Source of the DNA: Octopus bimaculoides
Taxonomy: Eukaryota
DNA length: 64,000 nucleotides
NCBI RefSeq assembly: GCF_001194135.2
Contig: NC_068988.1
Coordinates: 69,560,590 to 69,624,589, forward strand
Direction of reading: 5' to 3'
Shown: positions 1-11,930 of the stretch, in pieces
Layout: the number at the start of each line of letters is the position of its first letter
How positions within the stretch are numbered: the first letter of the stretch is position 1
Notes under the pieces: model-generated
The model's input: only the letters and a program-made list of their open reading frames with translations
Databases searched by the model: none
Told to the model about the DNA's origin: nothing
Program-made: the position numbers and the translations under genes

Positions 1-286
1 TACTACCTCTGTCAAATAAATCACCAAAATTGGCCTTTCATTATTTATAATCTGTACCTGTTTGTTTGGTTACGAAATAAAATACACAAAACATGTTTCT
101 GAATTACGTGTATTTACTTTATATAGATATGAGTTGAAAACTTTCTTCTAGCATTCCACTTAATGTCTATGTTCCATGCTGGCATGGATTGGAGAGTTAT
201 TAAGGTAGAAATATGGTATCGTAGCTACTAACAGTTGAGGGTTGCGTAGTCTAGACAGCGTTTTTAGATTTCATTATTCTCTTTAA

Positions 287-314
287 CCCGGGCAAAGCCG
301 GGTATTTCTGCTAG
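287..314 (+). mobile_element. Probable Helitron 3' terminus
   Basis: CCCGG-GCAAAG-CCGGG hairpin followed 8 nt later by CTAG|T, the usual Helitron 3' signature. The 5' end was not identified. Confidence 0.5.
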
Positions 315-2040
315 TAATCCATAACTCTATGAGTATTAAAAATGTTTAAGTCATATGATATTGTTGCTTCCACCTGTTTATATCTATGTGAACTGAGACA
401 GCAAGTCTTCAGTATTTTGCCAATAAACTTTCAGTAGTATGGTGATATAATGTGAATTGCCAAAGTCTTCCTTAACAGACAATTACATTTAGCATCGCAG
501 TCACTGTGATTTATAAGCAACACGGAAGGTATTCTCTTTTTGGATTTAAAATGCTCATGTTAACACAGTTAGGCTGATAATTACTGTCCTCCTACAGTAC
601 CTAACATCATTATTAGTCTTTTTATTCCAGGGTATAAGGGAACATATCTTCCAGGCAGTATAATTTATATTGCTGTATGATTAAAAATCATGCTTTGTAG
701 AAATAAAAGATGGGGAAAGTGTTAAGAAAGAAAAATTTAAGGACTGTGAAGATAGCAAATAATGACGACAAACAGTAATGATTCCTTGTGTGTACAAACA
801 TGACCACCTTTAAATTAGGTGCTAAATTATTCATAGGAAAAGGTGGTATTGTGTTGTTTCACTTTTTGGAAACATAAAGTGTTTGCATTTTGGTGGCATT
901 ATATTCAACAAAGTGTTTGGACTTTGATTGGAATGAGTCTCTGGATTTATTATGACCTCATATATTTAGCAATATCTGGTGTTTGAGAAATAACTAGATA
1001 ATACCAAGTGACAGTAAGGAAAATAAAGGTAATCTGTAGAGATTTACAGGGAAAATAATCTGTGGCATATTATAATCCATGCTAAAGGCCATGTATCACA
1101 TGCATGGATGAAATTGATGGTAAGTATTAGAGTTACTATAAACCACATAAATATGTAAATATATACATACATACATATATATGTATATGTGTGCACATGC
1201 ATGTGTATGTGTCCACATGAGTGTGTGCATGCATGTGTGTGTCCTTGTGTGGCAATAAAGGATAATGACAGAACTTAGAATTTTCTTCATGTATTCCAAG
1301 CCCTTTCACACATACACATATACACAATGCACATTCATACAAATGTGCATATGCACATGCATCCACATATCAACATACATATATGTAAAAAAATTCACTA
1401 ATTGCTGATGAAGAGCTCTTAGGAACTCACGATGAACCACAAGCACATACACAAACAAACACACACACACACACACTCATGCATCTACACATACACATAC
1501 ATACATACAAAGAAATTCATGTGTATAAACAAAGAGTATTCAATACAGAGTAGTGATGTGTTGTGTGTGTGTGCATGTTAATAAAGTATTTGTATATGCT
1601 ACAAAAACATCATTATTTATATATTCATGTGTGGATATATATATATATATATATCTGTAAAAATATGTGACACTTATTCAGTAGCCATGTAGTAATGCCT
1701 TTATATAAATATAAATATAAATAAATATATTCCTGGGAATAAAAAATGACGGATNNNNNNNNNNNNNNNNNNNNNNNNNNNNNNNNNNNNNNNNNNNNNN
1801 NNNNNNNNNNNNNNNNNNNNNNNNNNNNNNNNNNNNNNNNNNNNNNNNNNNNNNNNNNNNNNNNNNNNNNNNNNNNNNNNNNNNNNNNNNNNNNNNNNNN
1901 NNNNNNNNNNNNNNNNNNNNNNNNNNNNNNNNNNNNNNNNNNNNNNNNNNNNNNNNNNNNNNNNNNNNNNNNNNNNNNNNNNNNNNNNNNNNNNNNNNNN
2001 NNNNNNNNNNNNNNNNNNNNNNNNNNNNNNNNNNNNNNNN

Positions 2041-2226
2041 GTGGCCGTTTTCGTGTGGGTGACACGTAAAAGCACCCACTACACTCTCTGAGTGGTTGGC
2101 GTTAGGAAAGGCATCCAGCTGTAGAAACTCTGCCAAATTAGATTGAAGCCTGGTGTTGCCATCCGGTTTCACCAGTCCTCAGTCAAATCGTCCAACCCAT
2201 GCTAGCATGGAAAGCGGACGTTAAAC

Positions 2227-2257
<31 letters not shown>
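2041..2257 (+). mobile_element. RTE LINE 3' fragment (or RTE-tailed SINE) ending in (GAT)n
   Basis: Similar to the reverse complement of the 3' end of the RTE at 7638-7820 (..CATGGAAAGCGGACGTTAAACGATGATG). The 5' part is lost in an N-gap. Confidence 0.85.
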
Positions 2258-2675
2258 TATGTATCTGTTCTATATATGAACACTACATCCTCAGCTTTTC
2301 ACTACATAGACATACATCTGTGTATGAAACTTATATCTACAAGGACTATATAACTTGTACGTGTGTTTATGCATGTATATAATATGCCGATAGATAAATT
2401 TTAAAGGATTAAAAACGATGAGCAACAATATAGAACAAAAGATCTGAGACAGCAGAAGTGTTGTTTGTTCTGGTAATTTTGACCCTGATATATATATTAT
2501 CAAAGGGTGTTTTTACAAACAATATCACAATAAAATACATTAATGGAATGAAAATCTTTCAGGAAGACTGCATTAAATATTGGAAACATATAAATGAAGC
2601 TAGAACTAAATATACTAAAATAATAATTACTTATGAATATATATATAGTTTGAAGAGCTATATAGCCTTCACCAT

Positions 2676-2739
2676 TAGAGTCTGATGAGTCATCAAGAGA
2701 GCTAAGTGCTTCATGGATGTGAAACCATTGGTCACTCTA
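2676..2739 (+). ncRNA. Type I hammerhead ribozyme motif
   Basis: Stem I TAGAGT(2676-81)/ACTCTA(2734-39); core CTGATGA(2682-88); stem II G.CATC/GATGT with an inner hairpin; GAAA(2721-24); stem III ACC-att-GGT; cleavage triplet GTC(2731-33). Confidence 0.7.
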
Positions 2740-2845
2740 TGACCAGACATATACTTATGCACCAAGTTTGGAAGTCATTAACTCTAATGTTTTATCCTGA
2801 TAATTCTTTGTTTTACAACACGGAAGAACTGCTGCATCACTTTTT

Positions 2846-3940
2846 GAAAGACAATTCATGGTGTCTGATAAAAAATTGTGTTGTTTATGAATATGAGTTC
2901 CATCATGGAACCAATGCATCCCAGACAGCTCAAGTCATCAATGCGGTGTTTGGTGAAGATGTGGGGAATGAGCATACTGTACATTGATGGTTTGAGAAGT
3001 TTCAGTCTGGAAACTTTAATCGTGAAAATCAGCCCTGGAGTAGACCTGAGACCAAGGTGGATAATGATGAGCTGGAAACTGTAGTTAACTGGAAACCCGT
3101 GAGTTAGCTGCAAGGTTTGATGTTTTGATTCCAACTGTATTGGATCATCTGAAACAAATTGGCAAGGTAAAGAAGCTGGACAAGTGGGTACCACATGAAC
3201 AGAACAAGCATCAAATTACATGTCGTCTCGAAACTTGCTGTTTTTTGCTGTCACGCCATAAAAGTGAACCATTTTTGCATAGTATTGCTATGTGTGATGA
3301 AAAATGTATTCTTTTCAACAACAGCAAGCATTCAACATGGTGGTAGGATAGAGACAAAATACCAAAACACAATCCAAAAAAGAATATTCACCAAAAATAG
3401 CTACTGGTATCTGTTTGGTTGTCCAGTAGTGCTGGTGTCATCCACTACAGCTTCATGATGTATACATCTGCTAATCAGTTGCAACAAATGTATACATCAA
3501 CCAATTAGATGAAATGATGAGTAAACTTGCAATTAAACAACCGAAATTGGTCAACAGAGACAAGCCAATTCTCTTGCAAGACAATGCTCAACAACATGTT
3601 GCACAAAGAACGCTACTCAAGTTACAGGAACTGAACTTGGAAGTACTCTGTCATCCACTATATTCACTAGACCTTGCACCAACTGTCTATCCCATTTTCC
3701 AGGCATTAGACATCTTTTTGCAAGGAAAAAATTTCAAATCTGAAGAAGATGCAAAAACAACCTTTCATGATTTCATCACCTCTTGCTCTCCAGAATTCTT
3801 TGCTGCTGACATAAATAAGTTACTGATAAAATGGCAAAATTGTGTTGAAAATTTAGGTGCATAGTTTGATTAACTGCATTGCTTTTTGTAAAATAAACTT
3901 TCAGATGAAAATCAGACATATCGTTCTTAATGACCTGATA
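2846..3940 (+). mobile_element. Decayed mariner transposon, cecropia/Hsmar1-like transposase pseudogene
   Basis: Frames give YEYEFHHGTNASQTAQVINAVFGED, LKQIGKVKKLDKWVPHE, CDEK, LLQDNA and HPLYSLDLAPTVY (third catalytic D lost), with stops and frameshifts. A right TIR-like end ..AATGACCTGATA runs into (TA)n; the left TIR was not found. Confidence 0.92.
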
Positions 3941-6179
3941 TATATATATGTACATATAAGATGTAGGTGAAAATAGCACAAAAGTAACTCTAAGACATTT
4001 CAATTTAAGAAGGAGTTTAATAAAAATGATCTTAGAAATTATATAAAGAAAATATCGGTTTCAATGAATCTTATATTATCAAATATTAGTAAAGATTTAT
4101 AAAAATTTGAAGTAAAAACAGTTTATCTTCTGTCTGGGGGTCAAGAAAATGTCTTGACAAGGTTCATTAGAAAGGCAAATTTCTTGGACTGTATGGCTGA
4201 CAGGAAGCTGGTGGCATCTTGGCATCGGGGAGGCAACCAAAACAAGGCTAATGAGTGTGCATGTGTGTGTGTGTCAGTTGTGTGAATGCGTGGATATGGG
4301 TGTTATTGGCTGTGAGTGTGTCAGGGTGTTTGCATGTACATGTGTGTATGTGTGTATGCATGTGTGTATGTGTGCATGCAAATACATGTGCATTAGGGTG
4401 AGGTTTGTCAATGATGGTCCATTCAATGTTGGGTGTTTCATTCTGGAGATGATAGTGGTGTCTCCAGAGGAAATGAGATAATAAAAGTAGAATTCTCTCT
4501 ATCCTTGCATCTAAGTAAATGCATATGTACAACTACTACCCCTTCAAGAAGCCCAGTAAGGAAAGCACAAACATCCACAGGAGCTCAGATCACCTACCCC
4601 CACTATAATTTGAAATCTAGTCTCATTTATTACCAGAAAAATATCCAAGTTTTTGGCTTATTGGTCACAGGGCTGCTCTCACCCTAATACAATGATGCAT
4701 TAACAAGCAGTGGGTTTATTGTGAAGTTAGTATATACGGAAAACTCCCAAACCTTAATGCCTGCATCAGAAGGGGTCAAGAAAGAGAAAGATAAGCTTCC
4801 ATATAACCAAGATGTTTACACCACAACTACTATAAGCTCTTCAACCAACATAAAATCAAGGTGAGTTACCCCTGCATAGATAAAATTGCTTCTGATATTG
4901 CACACTACAACAGACACAGACATGCTCCTGCACAACCTCTAGCCCCAACCTATAACATTTGAAACCATACTACCTGCCCTCTAAGAAGATTCTGCCTCTC
5001 AAGGGCTCTATTCTATGGATCCATCCTCACACCATCCGATGGCATCACTATATGGGCATGATGACCAGCCAACGATTTCAAGAGAAGCTTCACACTGCAT
5101 ATATGCAGGGAAAGTGTCTCCTTTGGAGATACTGTGACCTGCAGAATGGACGATCATCGACAGGGTTACACTCAAGTCATTTGGTGCCTGAAATTGCCAG
5201 CTCTGCCTCTGTGAAAGACTGTACATTCTCCACCAACATGCAGTATCTATCGAAAGGAAATGTGAGCTATTTTATCACTGCTGCCAGAAGTATGTCCTCT
5301 GATGAGCTTCAAAACACTGACTATCGATAATCCAGATATACCACCTTAGCATCAGCTGCTCCTCAACACTGTCTGCTCCACAACCAGAAACAAGATTTCT
5401 AATCTCCAATGCCTATGCAAACCACATATTGACTCCACAGCCTTATGCCTCACCTTTAACCTATACATTCACCCCCATAAACGTGGTCTGTGTACATAAA
5501 CACATACATGTACATCTATGTTCACACACACCTATATAGTTCTCTCTCTCTTTCTCTCTCTCTCTCACACACACATTTATGTATGTACATTCCTTCTCCT
5601 CATCCTTTTCCCCTACACCACCAAATCTTAGTCCAATACCCATTCCCCACCAGCAATGCTGTTGCAACTATATTAGCATACATTTGTCACACCCACATAC
5701 ATAAATACCAAAAGCATTTATACATGTGTTCATGTGTGTGTGTGTGTATGAGTGTGTATACACACTCACATTTACATACACACAAGACAAAAAACATGCA
5801 TGTATATATGTTCTTCCAGACAAACAGATATATGCCCATTCTCTTAGGTACATAAGCAAGAATGTGCATACTTACACTTATACACACACATACACATACA
5901 TACATGCACACACACATATGTACATATATACACATGCTTCTATGTATGTATAATCCTCCTCTCTTCCCTCCTCTATCTATGCCACCAAATCTCATTACTG
6001 CCCATTTTCCCTTTTTCATATATATAATTACCTATATAATTTTTTTCTTATTTAGGAGCCAGTATAACTGATTAAGTTAGTCGTTAAAATTTGATTGTAG
6101 TCACAACAGTTTTGCTTGATCTATTCACATACATGCATGAACATAGTCACACACATGCACGCACACACACACACACACA

Positions 6180-6213
<34 letters not shown>

Positions 6214-6675
6214 CATTCATTCATTCTTTCATATACACATATTTGGTGATTTAGTGATGTAAATGTAAAAATATATAAATGAACATTAGTTTGTCTTTTG
6301 GAAGCATTTTTAAATAAATAAATAATATTTATTTTGTTTTATTACACTTTATCTCCATCTTAAACCACTGAATCAGAAATAGAAAATTAAAAGTGAGAAA
6401 CGTTTTATAGAATGAGAAATTTTCAATAAAAATAGTCATTAATCCTAAATATCATGATTAGTAAAAGAGATTCTTAGTTAGGTAATCTATCAGTTTTTTG
6501 ACAGAGCAAAGTCTTCTGTGGTGGAGATGTGCTTGCTAATCTCATTAACAAATGAATTTCTTGGCCTCTAGCCTTTCTAGCAATCATTTGCTACTTTGTA
6601 CTAAAATATTTTCTAGATATAAAAAAGTCCTCATTAAAACATTGATTTTAGATAAAAATAAAATGTCAGACTTAC

Positions 6676-6770
6676 CTGTTAGCATAATACATTTTTTCAA
6701 ACCTTGCACTAAATATAATTTCACGCAAAACAATTTATCAAGCACTTACCTGCAAAAGATAAAAACAAAC
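6676..6770 (-). other. Candidate recursive splice site with a 74-nt cryptic exon
   Basis: Minus strand reads TTTGTTTTTATCTTTTGCAG|GTAAGT (AG at 6751-6750), then a second CAG|GTAAGT 74 nt later (GT at 6675-6674). The intervening segment has stops in all frames. Confidence 0.35.
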
Positions 6771-7802
6771 ATATTTTGAGTTATATTATTTTTATATTAT
6801 TTACAAAATTGTATACACACAGTTCCCTCTATTTCTGTTTGTCAAATCCTTTCAATAAATTCTTCAGATCTTTTATTACCATTAAAAACCAATTTAGTGA
6901 GACATCACACGTCAGTTCGTTACTGGTGTGATGGCACTTGTATAATTTAGTTTACTTATTCCCCAACCTCACAATTAATATCATCATCATCATTGTTGTT
7001 CTTATTTTATGCTTATTTTTTCCCATTACCTCAATAGGTTGGGCAAGTCTTACATCATTTTACCAGTCATGAAAGTCCTTCATCATCTGATAACATTGTT
7101 GTGCTTATCATGTTACTTATTTTTAGCATAAATAATAGTTGAATACCTTTCCTATCACCAGCTACTTCACTAAGGAGCATTGGAGGACCTGTGCGAGTGT
7201 GTGTGCGTATGTGTATGCACACACACCCGCATACTCACTCACACATTCATACACTCTTGCACACACACGTGTATATGACCTAGAATCAACACTTTGTCTT
7301 GGTTCTTTCACTATGTGAGCGCCTCACATATGCCTAATCTGCACATTGGTTCACATCCCTTGTATGGTTTGGCAGAATTTATAATAGTTCAATGTATATT
7401 AAATTTAACTCCTTTTGATTTTTAATACACTCAGCTACAAATTCTAAGTTTTAGGTTTACAAAGAAGTGATTGCTTATCATAATCCACTTTTACATATAG
7501 CCTGTAGTCAAACTTATGTAATATCTCTAGTTATTATGTGCTTTCACAGTGTAGTTATGTGTCACATTACTACATATACAATTACTATCGAAGGGACACC
7601 TAGTAGAAGAGCTACAGTTACAAACAAAATTACCATTCATCATCATCATCGTCGTTTAACGTCCGCTTTCCATGCTGGCATGAGTTGGACGGTTTGACTG
7701 GGGGATGGCAAGAGAGAAGGCTGCACCAGGCTCCAATCCGATCTGGCAGAGTTTCTACAGTTGGATGCCCTTGTTAATGCCAACCACTCCGAGAGAGTAG
7801 TG

Positions 7803-8125
7803 GGTGCTTTTTACTTGCCCCCAGCACGAGGGCAAGTCAGGTAGTACTGGCCTCAACCACGTTTGAATGGTGCTTTTTACGTGCCACCGACATGGGAGCC
7901 AGTTAGGCAGCACTGGTAATGAATACACTCAAATTGTGCTTTTTACGTGCCACCAGCATAGCACTAGTTAGCCGGCATTGGCATCGACCACACTCAAATG
8001 GTGCTTTTTACGTGCCACTGGCATGGGAGCCAGTCAGGCGGTACTGGTAATGATCATGCTCGAAAGGTGCTTTTAACATGGCACTGGCATGGGTGCCAAT
8101 CAGGTGGTACTGTTATTGGCCCCGA
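7803..8125. repeat. Five degenerate ~66-bp tandem units in the RTE 3'UTR
   Basis: The anchor GTGCTTTTTACGTGCCAC or a variant recurs at about 7803, 7869, 7935, 8000 and 8066. Confidence 0.85.
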
Positions 8126-8279
8126 AAACAATTTCGCTTGCCTCAACAGGTCTTCACAAGTGCTGTTTTTTGCCCAATAATTGAAGGGTACTCTTAAATG
8201 AGCTGGTTATGTTGCACTGGCATATGCCATGGTTACAGTCTCACTTGGCTTGCCGGGTCTTCTCAGGCACAGCATATCT

Positions 8280-10467
8280 ACGAAGGTCTCGGTCACTTGT
8301 CGGTGAGGCCCAATGTTCAAAGGTCGTGCTTAATCACCTCATCCCAGGTCTTCCTAGGTCTACCTCTTCCACAGGTTCCTTCTACTGCTAGGATGTGACA
8401 CTTGTTCACACAGCTGTCCTCATCCATATGCAAAACATGACCATACCAGTGCAGTCATCTCTCTTGCACACCACATCTGATGCTTCTATGTCCAACTTTT
8501 CTCTCAGAGTGCTTACAGTCTGTCGTGTATGCACACTGACATTATATATCCAGCAGAGCATACTAGCTTCCTTCCTTGCAAGCTTACACATGTCCTCAAC
8601 AGTCACAGCCCATGTTTCACTGCGATGTAGCATGGCTGTTCGTATACATGCGTCATACAGTCTACCTTTTACTTTGAGTGAGAGGTGCTTTGTCACCAGC
8701 AGAGGTAGGAGCTCTCTGAACTTTGCCCAGGCTATTCTTATTTTAGCAGCTACACTCTCAGAGCATCCACCCCAACTACTGAATTGGTCACCTAGGTAAC
8801 AGAAGCTATCAACTACTTGTAGTTTTTCTTCCTGGCATGTGACAGAAGCTGTTTTCTGCACATTTTCAGTGTTTATTGCTCTTGAGCATTTGCCACACAG
8901 CAAAAACTATCTTCCTAGTTAGCTCTCCTTTGATATTGCTGCACCTCTTATGTGTCCATAACTTACACTGGGTACATCTTATAGAGTTTCTGCCTACGCC
9001 TTTTCTTCAGATGGAGCAGGGCCATCTACCTGAAGGGGTTTGTGGTTTGTCTGCCTTCCTACTTACTAAGACTTTGGTTTTTGCTAGATTGAATTTAAGG
9101 CCCTTCGATTCTAGACCTTGCTTCCACACCTGAAAGTTCTCCCCTAGTTCTGATAGTGACTCAGCTATTAGAGCAAGATCATCAGCATACAGAAGCTTCC
9201 AGGGGCATCCTGTCTTGAATTCCTCTGTTATTGCCTGGAGGACAATGATGAATAAGAGGAGGCTGAGAACTGATCCTTGGTGGACCCCTACCCCTACCAG
9301 GAATTCTTCACTGGACTCATTGTCAAAGCCTCAATTACTGATAGAATCCCTGTACATGGCTTGTACAGCTCTCACTAATCGTTCATCTATCCCTAGTTTC
9401 TGCATTGATCCCCAGATAAGGGATAGGGGGACCCTGTCAAAGTCTTTCTCCATGTCAACGAAAGCTAGGTACAGAGGTTTATCTTTTGCTAGGTATTTCT
9501 CCTGCAGCTGTCTTACCCGAAATATAGCATCAGTGGTGCTTTTCCCTGGCATGAACCCAAACTGCATCTCATCTAAACTGACTCTCTCCCTAATTAGTTG
9601 GGCTATGACCCTCTCCGTGACTTTCATTACCTGGTCCAACAACTTGATACCTCTGTAATTATTTGTATCTAAAGCGTCACCTTTACCTTTGCAGCAGTTG
9701 ACTATGGTGCTGCTACACCAGTCATTGGGTATGACTCCTTCATGCATCACCTGATTGACTATATGGGTGACAAGACTATAGCCACCACCACGAGATATTT
9801 TAAACATCTCTGCAGTGATTACTGATGGGCCAGGGGCTTTCCCTGTCTTCATACTCTTAATTACTTTATCTACCAAGGTACTGTTAATTCAGATAGCTGG
9901 TTCCTCCGTTTGCGCACTGAAGTCACCAGCCACAAAGAGAAGGTCCCTGTCATTCGTCGATGAATGTCTGCAAGACATTCATCTGCAAGAGGGTGTCATA
10001 AAATCGGTCTTTCTATTCATCAGGTAGCTCCAGCTGTAGGGCATAGGCTGAGATAATAGTTGCTAACCCATGTTGCAGCACTAATCTAATCTCAAGTATT
10101 CTATCACAGACTCTGACTACTTTGATTATCTTATCAACCCATTTCTTTGCAAGAAGTGTACCTATACCCCCAACCCTGTCAGTGTTCCCTGCCCAGAAAA
10201 TCTTATACCTTTGTTCTTTGCTTGTGAGGAACCTAGCAGATCTTCCTCTTCTTGGATGCAGCACAGATCTACATGCCTCTATTCATGCATCTCAACAATT
10301 TCACCAGGCCTACTTCTCAGTGTGCCAACATTAAGTGTGCCAACCCTGAGGGTGTGTGAGGTGTGGGTCCATGAGACCCTGGGATGGGGGACAGCAGCAT
10401 CATGTACCTGAAAAGAAAGCTCGCATTTGGCAGAACTCATAGACATACAATAGCCTTCAGCCTGCAT
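8280..10467 (-). pseudogene. RTE ORF2 (endonuclease-reverse transcriptase) pseudogene
   Basis: ORF-track pieces 10279-10467, 10013-10264, 9331-9876 and 8406-8903 are collinear. The sequence jumps from GDFSAQ straight to EEPAI..KSMKTGKAPG near 9910, so the rest of the endonuclease and the linker are missing. Confidence 0.9.
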
Positions 10468-11629
10468 ACACTACAACATCATTTTATGCACTACATAATC
10501 ACTACATTACGTAGGAGATAGACCCAAAGTAGGGACTGGGGAACATTGAGCCTTTGTAGGTGTTCATGGGAGAGACATCCGATAGAGGTCAGAGGATAGA
10601 GACTTCCGGTACAGGAGGTGGGGCGGGAAGGTTGGGCACACTGCGAAACAACAAAAACTCAAGCTGCTGGTGTGAGAGAATATTGATGATAATAATGAAA
10701 ATTCTTAACTAGAGCTATAACCAAGAGTTTTCGGTTGGCCAAACTGTGACAAAATGAGATAAATGAATGAATAAGTGACAATAATAAATTAGCGTGAAAG
10801 AGAGGGAGAAAGGGGGAGAGTTGGATTGAGCGAAGGGATCTTAAGTTTTCTTTTTACCTTTATTACTATTATTTAGATTTCAGCTAATACAATGTGCTTT
10901 AGAGTATACCCTAGAATTCAGTAACTTACACAAATTATGTAATTCCTTTCCCATAGTGGTGGAAGCAGGCATGCTTAACCCCAAAGCTTCATGCCTAATC
11001 TTAATATGTCTCTCCAAATTTTTTCACTATTTAGAATAGGCAGGCTATAAACTGTTTGTTTTACTGCATAACACTTACTTCCTTCAACTCTTATTCTCAG
11101 TTTTCAACCCTATATTAGATTTTGTACCATTAATTTGTCTAGTTTTACTGAGATTTTTGTATACGTCTGATAGTATCAGTGTTCTGGCAGAAAATTCCTT
11201 CTAAGTATTTCAAAGATCTTTGATAGATATTTTTTCCTGGTTATGGAAAGGTGGATAACAACAGGTAATATTTGCTTTTTGTATTTATTTTCTTACTTAT
11301 CATTACTTTCTAAGCTGGAGATCAGGGCATATTATCAAGATACAAGAAGGTAGATAAAGAGAGATCAAGGACAGAAAATTATGAATGGCTAGGTGGGTAG
11401 GTTCGCAAGAGTGTGAAAGGATAGTAACAAACTGTAAATATAAGAACAGAAGTGAATGCAGTGAATGTTGAACATGGATGGAGGCATGAACAATGGGAAA
11501 TCTCAGTTTGGAGGAAAGTGAGGAAAATAGGAGTGGGTCATGGAAGGGAGGTGACATGTCATGATACATAAAAAAATACATCACACACATATATGTGTGT
11601 AGTGTGTATGTGAGCATATGCATACATAT

Positions 11630-11930
11630 GAGCGAGGTCATTGCCAGTGCCCCTGGACTAGCTCTTGTGCAGGTGGCACATAAAATACACCATTTTGAGC
11701 ATGGCCGTTGCCAGTACTGACTGACTGGCCTTCATGCCGGTGGCATGTAAAAGCACCCACTACACTCTCAGAGTGGTTGGCGTTAGGAAGGGCATTCAGC
11801 TGTAGAAACTCTGCCAAATCAGATTGAAGCCTGGTGTAGCCATCTGGTTTCACCAGTCCTCAGTCAAATCATCCAACCCATGCTAGCATGGAAGGCAGAT
11901 GTTAAACGATGAGGATGATGATGATGATGT
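11630..11930 (+). mobile_element. 5'-truncated RTE copy (3'UTR with 2 repeat units plus tail)
   Basis: Matches 2041-2257 and the RTE 3' end; ends in GATGAGGATGATG. Confidence 0.85.

Larger units (their letters stand above)
7638..10500 (-). mobile_element. RTE-clade LINE, internally deleted and decayed
   Basis: APE endonuclease N-terminus (VGTLNVGTL, IISAYA, AGDFS), RT (KAPGPS, NYRGIKLL, QFGFMPGKSTTDAIF, FVDMEKDFDRVP, LLYADDL, FCYLGD), repeat-containing 3'UTR and (GAT)n tail. The 5' boundary is uncertain and may extend to about 10850. Confidence 0.95.

Noticed and set aside
1395-1440. Hammerhead ribozyme (CTGATGA-GAGCTC-TTAG-GAACTC)
   Set aside because: Stem II is plausible, but GAAA, the cleavage triplet and stem I are missing.
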